Below, one piece after another: positions 8,274-18,603 of a stretch of DNA of 64,000 nt (positions within the stretch are counted from its first letter, which is position 1; the number at the start of each line of letters is the position of its first letter). The stretch comes from Felixounavirus LF110P1, in sequence record OZ035744.1. The stretch is one strand, 5' to 3'. The notes beneath the pieces were generated by a model. It was given only the letters and a program-made list of their open reading frames with translations. It was not told where the DNA came from and ran no database searches. The translations under genes and the position numbers were made by a program.

Positions 8274-10944
8274 CCTTACCTGTGCCAGTTACAAGTGTCT
8301 CACTCTTCAAACCTAAATTCTTAGATGCCTGACCATACATCCAGTCAGTTATGGCTTTAACTTCTTGAGTCATACTTTCTGGGCATTCCCAACTGTTTTC
8401 ATCGTGGTATGCCAGCAAAAGCCTAGCACCAATTGCTGGTTTTCGTCCATTTAATTTTGTCAGTCCTTCTTCACATGCTCTTCTACAAGCAAGGTTAATT
8501 GCCTCATTTTGAATCTGAGCCTCCGAACCCATAAGCAAATAATTCAATAACTTATGTGGAGATTTGCACCACAACCAAGCTCCAGCAACTTTTACAAAGC
8601 CCCCTTTAGAGATTGCAGCAGTCTTACCAAATACCTCTTCAAGTGCCTTTTTAGTTGCTTTGTAGTCAGCTTCCAAGTCATCTAGCAGCTTTTTAATTTT
8701 AGGCAAACGAATAAAGTAAGTCTGTTTAGTCAGCGCACCTTCCTGAGTAGTTGCAGCCTTAATCGTCTTAGCAAACTTCTCATCACCTGCACCGAACAGC
8801 AGTGCATAGATACCATTCTTAGCTTTCTTACGACCCTTGCTAATCTCATGAAGAAGATTCTCATCCTGAGTAGCTCGACAAGTCAAGATGTCCTGCTCAT
8901 CGTTCAAGTTAAAGTAAATACTGTTCAGTGTATGTGCATCAGTCCCTGAATAGACAACGTACAGGTCATTCTCAGAGTCATAGCGAAGGTACTTATCAAT
9001 CTCTGGGTTGAGGTACTCATCAAAGTGTTTACAGTAATAGCGTCCATCTTCTTGACGAATGAACTCAATTTCTTCTTTACCTTGCGTTACCGCTTTGGTG
9101 AAGTCTTTATCACCCATAAAGTTACAAAGAAGAACTAGCTGGGCTGAGTTCATATCTACAGAGACAACGTTAGTACCTTCCTCACAAATCCACACTGCCC
9201 TCATTGGTTCCCCATAGACAGCAGCACCAGATGGTACGTTTACAATACCATACTGTGTCATACGTCCAGTTGAAGTACCAAACACCATTGCACCAGCACT
9301 AAGGCGACCATCAGGACGAATCTGGTTCAACCAACCTTTTTCATCATCCTTTGAGTTCTCAATAGTTCTGCGTCGGTGCATCAAAGTGTAGTATTTAGCA
9401 ATCTTCTGTCCAAGCTCACCTTCAATCGTATCGTAAGATGATTCAGTAAGTTTTGGTGAAGTACGGATTAAGCAAGGCTCAAGCAAATCTGTGTACTTCT
9501 TCACAGACCAGTTATGCTCAATGTACTGGACGCCTTCGTGTTCAACATAACTCAAACCACACCGCTCAACCATTTCCTGCCACTTAGGATGCTTTGTAAT
9601 CATCTTTTTATTGTCTTTGAAACGACAAACTTTGACAGGGCGACCATCAGAGTCTTTCTTGTAGTTCCAGTCATCTGGAATCCAACCAACTGATTTCAAG
9701 TAGTCTTTAACAACTGCTACCTGAGTCATACGAGAAACTTCAAACTCAATTGGTGTATATGGTGCATCAATCAAACCTGTGTAGCGACTTGACTCAAGTT
9801 CAAAGTGGTTAACAACGTGGCTGTTATAGTACTTCACAGTTTTGACTGTTTTTACTGGCTTCCAGTCTTTGCATTTCTTGCCAATCTTTGCGTTCAACTC
9901 ATTGCAAATTGCACGAGCATCCTTCATTGCTACAAAGCCTTCCTTGTACTCTTCACCAGTTACAGTGTTGGTTGGTGTATAGCAATTCCTTTTTTCAATG
10001 TTAAAAATCTTTGTAGTTGGCTTACCAAATGGTTTGATTTCGTATGTCTGCATCTCGCCATTACGTACCTGCTGACGATACTTTGTCTTAGGGTACTTGG
10101 TAATTCTTTTCAGTCCATCTGCATGACCAAATGTTTCAACATACTCATTCCAAGCTTTTGCAAACTCTTCTCCAGTGACTTTACCTTTGGTCTTAATAGT
10201 TGGAGGTAGATGTGGTTCAACCTCTGAAGCAAGCTCATTAGTCAACTTGTCAAGTTCCTTTACATGGAACTCCATAAGCTCTTTATCAGCTTTCCAACCA
10301 TTGATAGCTTGTTGACTCATCCAGAAAGATGTTTCTTTAGCTCGCATGTAGGTTTCATAAGTGTCTATGCCACACTTCTTAAGCTTGAGATACTCATTAT
10401 CAAGTGCCCGTTTAGTTTTGGCGTTAATACGGATATCTTCTACAACACGAGTGAAGATTTCTGCATTCCACACACCCCAATGTTCAATCTCTGGTTTACG
10501 AACACCGACACGAGCACCCCATGCAGCCAAACCATGAGCACCTTTATAACCCTTTGGAGTTGGTCTATCCATCCACTGAACACGAGACTGGATAAGAGAA
10601 TCCTGAAAGAAATTACTCCACGGTTTACACTTTGGATTATCAAAGTTCCATAAATCGGGTGCAATGTGATTGAAAACCCACCAGTCATAACCAAGACCAT
10701 TATGAATGCAAAGACGTTTTGCCTTTAACGCAAACTCAATACCTTCACGTAAGCCACCCTTAATGTACTTGGTATACTTGTGACCGAGGATAGGCTCATC
10801 TGTAAAGACCCATACAGGTGGCTCTTCATCGTCAGATTTATAGTCTGCGAAAGCCATTACGTGCACTTTAGTGAACTCAAGGAGTAAACCATCAGTTTCT
10901 GTATCACCAACTAAATGTAAGTTTTTAAAATCTACGTTTTCCAT
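8245..10944 (-). CDS. DNA polymerase, family A, with 3'-5' exonuclease domain
   Basis: exo motif VGDTETDG at N-terminus; motif B-like KNGIYALLFGAG; motif C LLAYHDE; start placed at MENVDF (GAGGGAG RBS) rather than track start 10974. Confidence 0.9.
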   Translation of the reverse strand: MENVDFKNLHLVGDTETDGLLLEFTKVHVMAFADYKSDDEEPPVWVFTDEPILGHKYTKYIKGGLREGIEFALKAKRLCIHNGLGYDWWVFNHIAPDLWNFDNPKCKPWSNFFQDSLIQSRVQWMDRPTPKGYKGAHGLAAWGARVGVRKPEIEHWGVWNAEIFTRVVEDIRINAKTKRALDNEYLKLKKCGIDTYETYMRAKETSFWMSQQAINGWKADKELMEFHVKELDKLTNELASEVEPHLPPTIKTKGKVTGEEFAKAWNEYVETFGHADGLKRITKYPKTKYRQQVRNGEMQTYEIKPFGKPTTKIFNIEKRNCYTPTNTVTGEEYKEGFVAMKDARAICNELNAKIGKKCKDWKPVKTVKTVKYYNSHVVNHFELESSRYTGLIDAPYTPIEFEVSRMTQVAVVKDYLKSVGWIPDDWNYKKDSDGRPVKVCRFKDNKKMITKHPKWQEMVERCGLSYVEHEGVQYIEHNWSVKKYTDLLEPCLIRTSPKLTESSYDTIEGELGQKIAKYYTLMHRRRTIENSKDDEKGWLNQIRPDGRLSAGAMVFGTSTGRMTQYGIVNVPSGAAVYGEPMRAVWICEEGTNVVSVDMNSAQLVLLCNFMGDKDFTKAVTQGKEEIEFIRQEDGRYYCKHFDEYLNPEIDKYLRYDSENDLYVVYSGTDAHTLNSIYFNLNDEQDILTCRATQDENLLHEISKGRKKAKNGIYALLFGAGDEKFAKTIKAATTQEGALTKQTYFIRLPKIKKLLDDLEADYKATKKALEEVFGKTAAISKGGFVKVAGAWLWCKSPHKLLNYLLMGSEAQIQNEAINLACRRACEEGLTKLNGRKPAIGARLLLAYHDENSWECPESMTQEVKAITDWMYGQASKNLGLKSETLVTGTGKVGKSWLEVH

Positions 10945-10995
10945 TTTTACTCCCTCTAAAATCATTAACCTCATACATTACTGCAAAAAATTATA

Positions 10996-11032
10996 AAAAG
11001 CAAGTTGACAATGCACTTGACAAGGTGTTAAT
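10996..11032 (+). promoter_or_regulatory. sigma70-like promoter with tandem TTGACA boxes
   Basis: TTGACAATGCACTTGACAAGGTG-TTAATC; near-identical element recurs at 55813. Confidence 0.45.
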
Positions 11033-11201
11033 CTTTGCGAAGTGGGTTTTTACTTAAAAGGTTACTTAACAGTTTAACTATACAGATACTTTAAATCTCT
11101 TAAAAGATTATTTAATAGCTTTTAAAAAGCTTTAAAGTATAACGTATAGAATACGTTAAGATAAAAGATTAAAACTTAATAGTTACTTAAAAGAGGCTTA
11201 C

Positions 11202-11624
11202 ATGCAGAAAATGTTTGTTCACCCAGACATAGCTGACTTTGTTAGAGCTTTGCAGAAGTTGGAAGAACTTGACATTGCTGCTCAACGGGAATATGCTCAC
11301 CATCACAGGAGAATGGTTGATATACAACATGAAATAGAGTTGTCTGAAAACTATGAAGATGACTTAAAATGCTCTGTATTTGAGCATATGAAAGATGTTG
11401 CTACAGCAAGACGTAAAGCTAAAGACACAGTTGCTTTACTAGATTCTCTTAAAAAGAGGTTGCAAAGTGGTACAGACCTGTGTAATCTAGCGTCACTGAT
11501 TAACGATGTTGAAACTTCTTGGGATAGGCACTATTATCCACGTTCTGAAAAGACACTTGACTTTTCTTCATCAGAAAACTTAAAATGTTCTAGAAAGAAA
11601 CTTAACCAACTGAGAGAGAAATAA
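11202..11624 (+). CDS. hypothetical protein
   Basis: 140 aa ORF, first gene of plus-strand operon. Confidence 0.45.
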   Translation: MQKMFVHPDIADFVRALQKLEELDIAAQREYAHHHRRMVDIQHEIELSENYEDDLKCSVFEHMKDVATARRKAKDTVALLDSLKKRLQSGTDLCNLASLINDVETSWDRHYYPRSEKTLDFSSSENLKCSRKKLNQLREK

Positions 11625-11625
11625 T

Positions 11626-12438
11626 ATGAATATCAATGTGGAACAGATGCTTGAAGAGAAAGGTGTTGATGAAGCATTCTTAATCAATGCCGTAGAAAGC
11701 ATGGCTATGATTCTTCGTGGAAATAACTACACAGAACAGTTTATGCCTGCAAGCTACAACTTACCTGAAGACAAGTCTGATAGTAGTGCTTTTGCAGAGC
11801 AGGTTAATATGATGCTGTGTGACAAAACGCTTGCTTTAGCATCTATCGTTGTAGGTGTCGATGCTCTTGCAGAGTTCATTTTTTATGAGATGCAGAAAAA
11901 TGACTATATTGCCATGACATCTGAAGAAAAAGACTCGCTGCTGCTCTTAGATAATGATGAGCTAGTTGGCCTGTTAATTTCTTCAACGAGTGCTGTTATG
12001 GCTGCTCTTGAGAAGCGTATGAATGAGAAGTTGTCACGGTATGAAAAACTTGATTGGGGCGTAGAAGAATTAAACCCACGAATCAAAGAGATTATCCAGC
12101 AAACCAAAGCTTCTTTGGAAGAAGCTGTGAAAGATGATTATGTAGCTGGCATAGAACCACTACAGGTGAAAGTTGCATTGATGATGCCAGCTATCTCTAC
12201 GATGATGAATATCGTTGCATTAATCCAGCTTTCACAGATGATGGGTACAACCATCGAGTTCATTGAGAGTATGACTGGTGGTGTCAGTATGCAAGCAATC
12301 AATGATGTTTTGGTGAGCATTGGAGCTTCAATCATTGAAGAGAAACTGCGCATTAACTTTGGTGACGATTTTGTGAAGCAAATCGCAGCTATGGCTGAAA
12401 AAGAACACTCACAGATTACCACTGAACAACTGCACTGA
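11626..12438 (+). CDS. hypothetical protein
   Basis: 270 aa ORF. Confidence 0.45.
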   Translation: MNINVEQMLEEKGVDEAFLINAVESMAMILRGNNYTEQFMPASYNLPEDKSDSSAFAEQVNMMLCDKTLALASIVVGVDALAEFIFYEMQKNDYIAMTSEEKDSLLLLDNDELVGLLISSTSAVMAALEKRMNEKLSRYEKLDWGVEELNPRIKEIIQQTKASLEEAVKDDYVAGIEPLQVKVALMMPAISTMMNIVALIQLSQMMGTTIEFIESMTGGVSMQAINDVLVSIGASIIEEKLRINFGDDFVKQIAAMAEKEHSQITTEQLH

Positions 12439-12456
12439 GTTTTTATAAATATTACA

Positions 12457-12481
12457 AGCCTCCTTAGTTGGGGGCTTTTTA
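12457..12481 (+). terminator. rho-independent terminator
   Basis: AGCCTCC-TTAGTT-GGGGGCT hairpin then TTTTT. Confidence 0.45.
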
Positions 12482-12499
12482 GTAATTAAGGGAGATAGA

Positions 12500-13243
12500 A
12501 TGAGTAATATTATCGCATTTACTGGAAAGGCACGCTCTGGAAAAGACACCTCATGTTCTATTGTGAAGAACATCTTAGAGGATGAGTACGGCTACAATGT
12601 TGCTGTAATGGCCTTTGCAGACAACCTTAAAATGTCTGCATCAAAGATATTTGACCTGACTTGGAATGACCTGTATGGTGAAACTAAAGAGACTCCACAG
12701 GTATTTGACTTATCATATCCTGAACTGATGTTTAAAGTTACGGAAGCTATGGAGTTCACCTTCAGAGATGAACGTTACCATATGGACTTCAAGCTTATGT
12801 CAGAGTTAACCGGACGATTAATCATGGAGCTTAAGAAGGTTGCTAAACCTACCCTATTAACACGTCTGGGATTTAGTAAAAAGTATAAATTCTCATCAAG
12901 ACAAATTCAACAGATTTGGGGTACTGAAGTTGTCCGTAAAGTAATGGGCGACAAGTTCTGGTCTAAAGACCTTGAAAAAAGAATGGTTAGATTCCATGAA
13001 ATGTGCTCACTTAGAAATCAATATGGTTTTGTCTTAATCAGTGATTTAAGATTTGACTCTGAAGCTGAATGGCTGAGTAGATTTGCACACCAAACTATTG
13101 AAGTAAAAAGAGACAATGTGGACAAAGTTTCATCACATGTTTCAGAAAATGGGATTTCTACAAAATATGAGCGTGACATTATTCATAATAATGGTACTCT
13201 TGCAGACCTTGAGAACAAGCTAAGAGCCATCATTAAAGTTTAA
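12500..13243 (+). CDS. deoxynucleoside monophosphate kinase
   Basis: N-terminal P-loop IAFTGKARSGKDT resembles T4 gp1 dNMP kinase N-terminus. Confidence 0.65.
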   Translation: MSNIIAFTGKARSGKDTSCSIVKNILEDEYGYNVAVMAFADNLKMSASKIFDLTWNDLYGETKETPQVFDLSYPELMFKVTEAMEFTFRDERYHMDFKLMSELTGRLIMELKKVAKPTLLTRLGFSKKYKFSSRQIQQIWGTEVVRKVMGDKFWSKDLEKRMVRFHEMCSLRNQYGFVLISDLRFDSEAEWLSRFAHQTIEVKRDNVDKVSSHVSENGISTKYERDIIHNNGTLADLENKLRAIIKV

Positions 13244-13251
13244 AAGAGAGA

Positions 13252-13452
13252 ATGAAGATGAGAGTAAAAGACAATTTTAAAGTTATTGACCACCGTTTAG
13301 TGGAACTCTCATCTCTTTCCAATGAGGTAATGATTGAACGTCTTAAGAGAGTTGAATCACGAAGGAAAGAGATTGCAGATGAAATTCATGAACTGGACAA
13401 GATTGAAAATGGATTGAAGGCAGAACTACAACGAAGAGGTGCTAATGTCTAA
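13252..13452 (+). CDS. hypothetical protein
   Basis: 66 aa coiled-coil-like ORF. Confidence 0.4.
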   Translation: MKMRVKDNFKVIDHRLVELSSLSNEVMIERLKRVESRRKEIADEIHELDKIENGLKAELQRRGANV

Positions 13453-15430
13453 AGGTCGTAAATTGAAAGAGGCTGGTCAGTTTGTTGGTCATTGCGCATG
13501 TCCACGTTGTGGTTCATCAGATGCTGGTTCAATCTATCATCATGACGATGATTCTTATTCAATGACTTGCTTTAGTTGTAACAAAGGTTTCCCAGAGTGG
13601 GATTTTGATAAAGGACAAATCGTGAGCACTTATTCTACTGGTTCAGACAATAAAAACCGTACTTTCCGTGGAATGGATTTAGACGATGTAAAAGAAAACC
13701 TAGAAGCAATGGACTTGAAAGATAGGAAGATTCCTGCAAAAGTCCTTGAACGCTTAGGTATCAAGGTTGACATTGACAGTGATGGTGAAATTGACGCGCA
13801 TTTCTATCCAACTTACAAACGTAATGAAGATGGTAAGCTAGAGCACGTTGGCTACCGTGTTCGTCACCGTTACCCAGAAGACCATCCAAAAGAACACCTA
13901 CGAGGTAAGTTAAAAGACTTTTCTGGTGGTGTTGGAGACATTAAAGGTGAACTGGCAATGTTCGGTTCATGGATTGCTCCAGAAGGTGGTAACCGTCTAT
14001 TCATCTGGGAAGGTGAGATGGAATGTGCGACAGCAATCTATATGACTTCTCTTGCGATTAAGGATAAATCTCGTCGTAAGAATTACTGTCACGTATCTGT
14101 TCCATCAGGTGCAAACATCAAGTCTATCAAAGATAACTATCAGTACATTACATCATTTGATGAGATTTACTTGTGCTTTGATAACGATGAAGCAGGTGCT
14201 AAAGCCACTAAAGAGGCTGCTGGTATCCTACCTATTGAGAAGGTTCGTTTATTCCAGTATCCAGAAGGCGTAAAAGACCTTAACGAGTGGTGGACAAAGT
14301 TCTATAAAGAGAAAGACACAGTTCTGGAAGGATTTAAGCAGCGTATCTACAATGCACCTCGTTACTGTCCTGCTGGTATCAAGAACTTTGCAGATGGTTT
14401 TGAGGCAATGAAGAATCGTGGTCAGATTCCATTGATTCCTTTCCCAGAATCTTTCGGAGATTTGAACAGGCTGACTTATGGTGGTTACGGTTTAGGTGAG
14501 ATTACAACTATTGCAGCACCATCTTCAGTAGGTAAGTCAGCTTACACTCGTGAGATGATTTATTCAGCTTGGAAAGAAACTGATTATAATATCGGTGTAA
14601 TTCCTGTAGAAGATACCTATGAAGAGTTGATGGAGATGCTCTGTGCAATCCACCTGAGCAAGCAGATTTCTGAGATTCCTTATGACGAACGTGATTGGGA
14701 TGAATTGAAGAAGGCACACGCAGAACTGTCTAAGGGTCGTCGTATCCACATCGTTGACCATCAAGGGGCAATTGACCAAGATAACTTGCTGGAGTTTGTT
14801 GACTATCTTGTTAACAGCTTAGACTGTAAGATTATTATTCTTGACCCTATTACGTTGGCTCTGTCACGTTCAGATACGGATGAAGAGGAAGTTTTATCTG
14901 AGCTATTGCGTCGTTGCAAACGCTACCAGTATGCACAGGTGAACGTCTGTCACGTTCGTAAGAGTGCAGGTGGTCAGAAGGCTAACTCCGAAGGTGGAGA
15001 TATCTCTGAAGAGGATATTAAAGGTTCTGGTGCGTATTTCCAGATTTCTATGAACAACATTCTATTAATGCGTAACAAGGTTGACCCAGACCCTGTTAAG
15101 AAAAACTTGACAAAAATCAAGTTAACTAAATGCCGTCGTCATGGTAAGTCAACAGGTATTGCTGGTCATACTTGGTACAATCCAGATACAGGACGTCTCA
15201 TTAAAGCCTCTGGTTGTGGAGTTGACATTGATGGTGCAGCAGAAAATATTCGCCAACAGTTTGGTATTGGTGAAGCTGAAGACCATTACGATGACTCTTT
15301 GCCACATTATGAGGATGAAGTGTTTGACCGTGAGACTGGTGAAGTCTATACTGAAGAGCAGCGTCAAAGCTCAACGATTCCACCTGTATTAAGTGAGGAT
15401 GCAGATGACTGCCCGTTCGAAACTGAGTGA
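13445..15430 (+). CDS. primase-helicase (T7 gp4-like)
   Basis: N-terminal zinc ribbon CPRCGSSD...CFSCNKG; Walker A GEITTIAAPSSVGKSAYT; DnaB-like helicase C-terminal half. Confidence 0.85.
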   Translation: MSKGRKLKEAGQFVGHCACPRCGSSDAGSIYHHDDDSYSMTCFSCNKGFPEWDFDKGQIVSTYSTGSDNKNRTFRGMDLDDVKENLEAMDLKDRKIPAKVLERLGIKVDIDSDGEIDAHFYPTYKRNEDGKLEHVGYRVRHRYPEDHPKEHLRGKLKDFSGGVGDIKGELAMFGSWIAPEGGNRLFIWEGEMECATAIYMTSLAIKDKSRRKNYCHVSVPSGANIKSIKDNYQYITSFDEIYLCFDNDEAGAKATKEAAGILPIEKVRLFQYPEGVKDLNEWWTKFYKEKDTVLEGFKQRIYNAPRYCPAGIKNFADGFEAMKNRGQIPLIPFPESFGDLNRLTYGGYGLGEITTIAAPSSVGKSAYTREMIYSAWKETDYNIGVIPVEDTYEELMEMLCAIHLSKQISEIPYDERDWDELKKAHAELSKGRRIHIVDHQGAIDQDNLLEFVDYLVNSLDCKIIILDPITLALSRSDTDEEEVLSELLRRCKRYQYAQVNVCHVRKSAGGQKANSEGGDISEEDIKGSGAYFQISMNNILLMRNKVDPDPVKKNLTKIKLTKCRRHGKSTGIAGHTWYNPDTGRLIKASGCGVDIDGAAENIRQQFGIGEAEDHYDDSLPHYEDEVFDRETGEVYTEEQRQSSTIPPVLSEDADDCPFETE

Positions 15431-15682
15431 TAGCTATAAAAGAGAGGGGTTCACACCCTTATTTGAAGAAAAAAGTTTAAATAAATTTCATGAAGAGTGT
15501 TTGACAAAGATTGATAGGTTCTATAGAATGCTCCACATGAAATGCGATGGAGAAGTTGAAATAGAACAGCAGTTCCATCAAAGTATGATTACAGTCATCA
15601 TTACACTGCCTCAGCATAATATTGGTTGGCTGTTTATAATGAAAGAAAATGTGTTTGAATATCAAGTATATCGGAGAATATC

Positions 15683-15832
15683 ATGAAACACTCTAAAGCA
15701 TTTGAAAAAGTTTTTGGGGATTCCTTAAAAGCCACTGCTGGAAAACCAGCAAAATACTATGAAGAAAAACGTGTAAGAACTGGAAAAACTGCACGTAAAG
15801 CAGCTTCTAAAGATAAGCACAACTTCCAGTAA
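15683..15832 (+). CDS. small basic protein (hypothetical)
   Basis: 49 aa ORF with GGAGA RBS; not in the 60 aa track. Confidence 0.3.
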   Translation: MKHSKAFEKVFGDSLKATAGKPAKYYEEKRVRTGKTARKAASKDKHNFQ

Positions 15833-15904
15833 TTAGTATTTGACAATAGAGTATCAACAAATTAGAATTGGTACTCTTCATAAATTGAGATAGAGGTTTA
15901 AATA

Positions 15905-16762
15905 ATGTCTAAAGTTGTTAAAATGAAAGCTCCGGTAGAGAAGTACAACGGTACTGAACGTCAAACTCTGCGTTACCTGCTGAAAGATGTCTGGTTTTAT
16001 TACCTGAACACTTCACCACGTCCGGGAAAAGGTAAGTCTATTGATAAGAAATTCCCAGGCAAGGACTGTAACTACAGCGTATCAATTCTGGCAGAAGACG
16101 GTAACAAACTGTTTAAAGAGTTTACTAAGTCTAAGAAAAACCCAGAGGGTTGGGATAAAGTTACCACTGAAGCAGTTGATGCAGACGACTTCGAAGAGAA
16201 GTTTGGTTGTAAACCACCTTTTGAAGCAGACACTTACTACATCTTGAAAGTAAGTCGTGCAGCAGCTTATAAAGATGGTGCTGTATGGACAGCTAAACAG
16301 TCATTCCCTGTAATGCTGATTGAAGAAGTAAACGGTAAACGTGTAGCTGTTAAACAGCCGATGAAGAAAATCAAAGCTCAAGCATCTGATAAGCATGAAG
16401 ATGATAAGAACTATGATGTAATTCATCCAGATATTGCAGTTGGTAACGGTTCTTTTGGTAGTGTGATTCTTTCTACTCACTTCTACACTTTTGAGAACAA
16501 TGTTCTGACTAAACCTATTCAGGAACAGTTTATCATTGATACTCTTGTACCTTACACTGGTGGTAACGGTGCTAATGGTGAACCTGAACTGGATGAAGAT
16601 GAACTGGCTATGCTTGGTCTTGATGGTGTCGAAGATAACGGTGAAATCACTGAAGAAGACGCAACAGACCATAAATCTTCGAATGATTCTGATGATGGTG
16701 ATGATGAAGATTTGCCAGACCCAGATGACGAAGAGGATGAAGACTTCGATACAGAAGATTAA
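15905..16762 (+). CDS. single-stranded DNA-binding protein (candidate)
   Basis: 285 aa with strongly acidic C-terminal tail (DSDDGDDEDLPDPDDEEDEDFDTED), position between helicase and exonuclease. Confidence 0.5.
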   Translation: MSKVVKMKAPVEKYNGTERQTLRYLLKDVWFYYLNTSPRPGKGKSIDKKFPGKDCNYSVSILAEDGNKLFKEFTKSKKNPEGWDKVTTEAVDADDFEEKFGCKPPFEADTYYILKVSRAAAYKDGAVWTAKQSFPVMLIEEVNGKRVAVKQPMKKIKAQASDKHEDDKNYDVIHPDIAVGNGSFGSVILSTHFYTFENNVLTKPIQEQFIIDTLVPYTGGNGANGEPELDEDELAMLGLDGVEDNGEITEEDATDHKSSNDSDDGDDEDLPDPDDEEDEDFDTED

Positions 16763-16779
16763 TCTCTAAAGTTACTTTA

Positions 16780-16808
16780 AAGCCCTGTACTCCGTATGGG
16801 GCTTTTTC
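16780..16808 (+). terminator. rho-independent terminator
   Basis: AGCCC...GGGGCT hairpin then TTTTT. Confidence 0.45.
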
Positions 16809-16823
16809 ATATGGAGAGCCATA

Positions 16824-17864
16824 ATGGAGAAGTACACATTAACAAAACTTCCCGATTCAGTTACACATGTTTTTATTGACTCTGACAGTATTGCCTATAA
16901 AGGTGCTTGTGTAGTTGAGAAATCAAAATATAAATACGTCAATAAACTCACAGCAGAAGAATCTGAGCCATTTGATAATGCGAAAGATGCTGCAAGATGG
17001 TTAGCAGACCAGAGAATCCTTGTGGAAGAACTTGGCCTGACATTTGATGAAGATGAATGGGAAAGACAGACTTGGAAAGAAGCTAAGAGTGAAAAAGAAG
17101 CTATCATGGCTACTCAACAGGTGCTTCAGGAATGGCTTAAGATTGTTGGTAAAGAAAGAACTTGGGTAGGCTATTTAACAGAGAAAGGTGTGCATAAACA
17201 TAAAGACATTAAAGGTCTTGAGCACCAATATCAAGGTAACCGTAAAGATGCTGTCACACCAACACACTTAGTTGCTTGTCGTGAATACCTTTTATCCAGA
17301 CCAGAGTTCAAGCTCTTAAAGGGGGGCTTCGAAGCCGATTCAATCGTAATTGCTAAAGCTGAAAAGATGGGTAAGAAGGCTGCTCTTATGAGTATTGATA
17401 AAGACCTTCGACAAGCTGAAGGAACTTATTGTATTGATATGACTTATGAAAAATCACCACTAATCTTTATTGCTGATAATAATGTTGGTGATATCTGGGA
17501 TTGTCCTATCAAATCAAAACCAAAAGCTGCAAAAACAGTTGGTGTAGGTTTTAAGTTCTTATGCTATCAGGCTGTTGCTGGAGATAATGCAGACAACTAC
17601 TTCGGACTTAAAGGTGCTGGTAAAGTAGCTGTGATGAATGCTTTAGATGGTAAAGAGACCTACAAAGAGTGTCTTGATGCTATCTATGAACTCTATGCTA
17701 AAAAAGACTCTTATACCTATGTGTCATGGGATGGACAGACTGTTACAAAGACACCGTTAGAGTTAATGGAACAGCATTTCTGGATAGCATATCAAGAGAG
17801 AAATCCAAAAGACAATTTCTCTTTCAAGAAATATAATTGGGAGCCGTGTATGAATGAAGATTAA
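16824..17864 (+). CDS. 5'-3' exonuclease / flap endonuclease-like protein
   Basis: H3TH-like motif AGDNADNYFGLKGAGKVAV; acidic clusters; placement in replication module. Confidence 0.55.
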   Translation: MEKYTLTKLPDSVTHVFIDSDSIAYKGACVVEKSKYKYVNKLTAEESEPFDNAKDAARWLADQRILVEELGLTFDEDEWERQTWKEAKSEKEAIMATQQVLQEWLKIVGKERTWVGYLTEKGVHKHKDIKGLEHQYQGNRKDAVTPTHLVACREYLLSRPEFKLLKGGFEADSIVIAKAEKMGKKAALMSIDKDLRQAEGTYCIDMTYEKSPLIFIADNNVGDIWDCPIKSKPKAAKTVGVGFKFLCYQAVAGDNADNYFGLKGAGKVAVMNALDGKETYKECLDAIYELYAKKDSYTYVSWDGQTVTKTPLELMEQHFWIAYQERNPKDNFSFKKYNWEPCMNED

Positions 17865-18351
17865 AGGATTTGGCAATTGCCCTACCTACGGTCATTGGGT
17901 ATCTTTATGTGGGGAAGTTGACCCCACTAAACATTTTGGCTTTGTCTATTTAGTACACTGTAAGAAGACTGGACAATATTATATAGGAAAGAAACAGCTT
18001 AACAGTGTGACCAAAAGAAAAGTTGCTGGGAAGACTCGGAAGAAGGTAGTCACTAAGGAAAGTGATTGGATGACTTACGAAACCTCTTCTGAGTATATTA
18101 AAAAAGATATTGAGAGCTTTGGAAAAGAATTTTTTGACTTTTACATTATTCAGACCTACTACACAAAAGGTGGCCTAGTCTATGGTGAAGCAAACCTTCA
18201 ACATAAATTCGATGTAATGACAAAAAGGATTGACTCGAAGCTCAGACTCTTCTACAATGCCAATATTGCAGCAATTAAGTTTATTACTAAAGAAACTTAT
18301 GAAGATGCTGAAAAAAGAATCCATAAGGTAATGAAAGCAAATTGTGCTTGA
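17854..18351 (+). CDS. GIY-YIG-like endonuclease (candidate)
   Basis: GFVYLVHCKKTGQYYIGKK resembles the GIY-(x10)-YIG motif. Confidence 0.4.
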   Translation: MKIKGFGNCPTYGHWVSLCGEVDPTKHFGFVYLVHCKKTGQYYIGKKQLNSVTKRKVAGKTRKKVVTKESDWMTYETSSEYIKKDIESFGKEFFDFYIIQTYYTKGGLVYGEANLQHKFDVMTKRIDSKLRLFYNANIAAIKFITKETYEDAEKRIHKVMKANCA

Positions 18352-18372
18352 TAACTATTGAGAGAGAATAAA

Positions 18373-18603
18373 ATGTTTAACAAAAGTAAAGCTGTGAGTC
18401 ATGTAGCAAAAGTTGACAGTAAGATTGAAGAACTTGAGCGCATTCTTGCAAATGCTAGAGAGTCAATAATTAAAGAAGTTGAAGCTGTTGAATCACAAAT
18501 GCAGCATCTAATGCTTAAACGCCAAGAGCTACGTGAGCATCTGGAATATATTGAAACACGAGAGCTAAAGGTTAACAGATTTTTAAGGAGTCCAAATGTT
18601 TAA
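18373..18603 (+). CDS. hypothetical protein
   Basis: start at ATG after GAGAG RBS; coiled-coil-like. Confidence 0.4.
   Translation: MFNKSKAVSHVAKVDSKIEELERILANARESIIKEVEAVESQMQHLMLKRQELREHLEYIETRELKVNRFLRSPNV

Noticed and set aside
9805-10700. Antisense ORFs inside the DNA polymerase gene (9805-10209, 10264-10653, 10440-10700)
   Set aside because: Fully embedded in a well-supported 899-aa polymerase gene on the other strand; hydrophobic low-complexity translations typical of antisense frames. The same reasoning applies to other embedded or antisense track ORFs (for example 448-645, 2339-2548, 2461-2877, 6282-6575, 14052-14273, 20208-20450, 31651-32181, 35809-36483).
8245-10974. Intein or group I intron interrupting the DNA polymerase
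   Set aside because: The polymerase frame is continuous with exo, motif B and motif C in order; the HNH-AP2 endonuclease is a separate downstream ORF, not an insertion.
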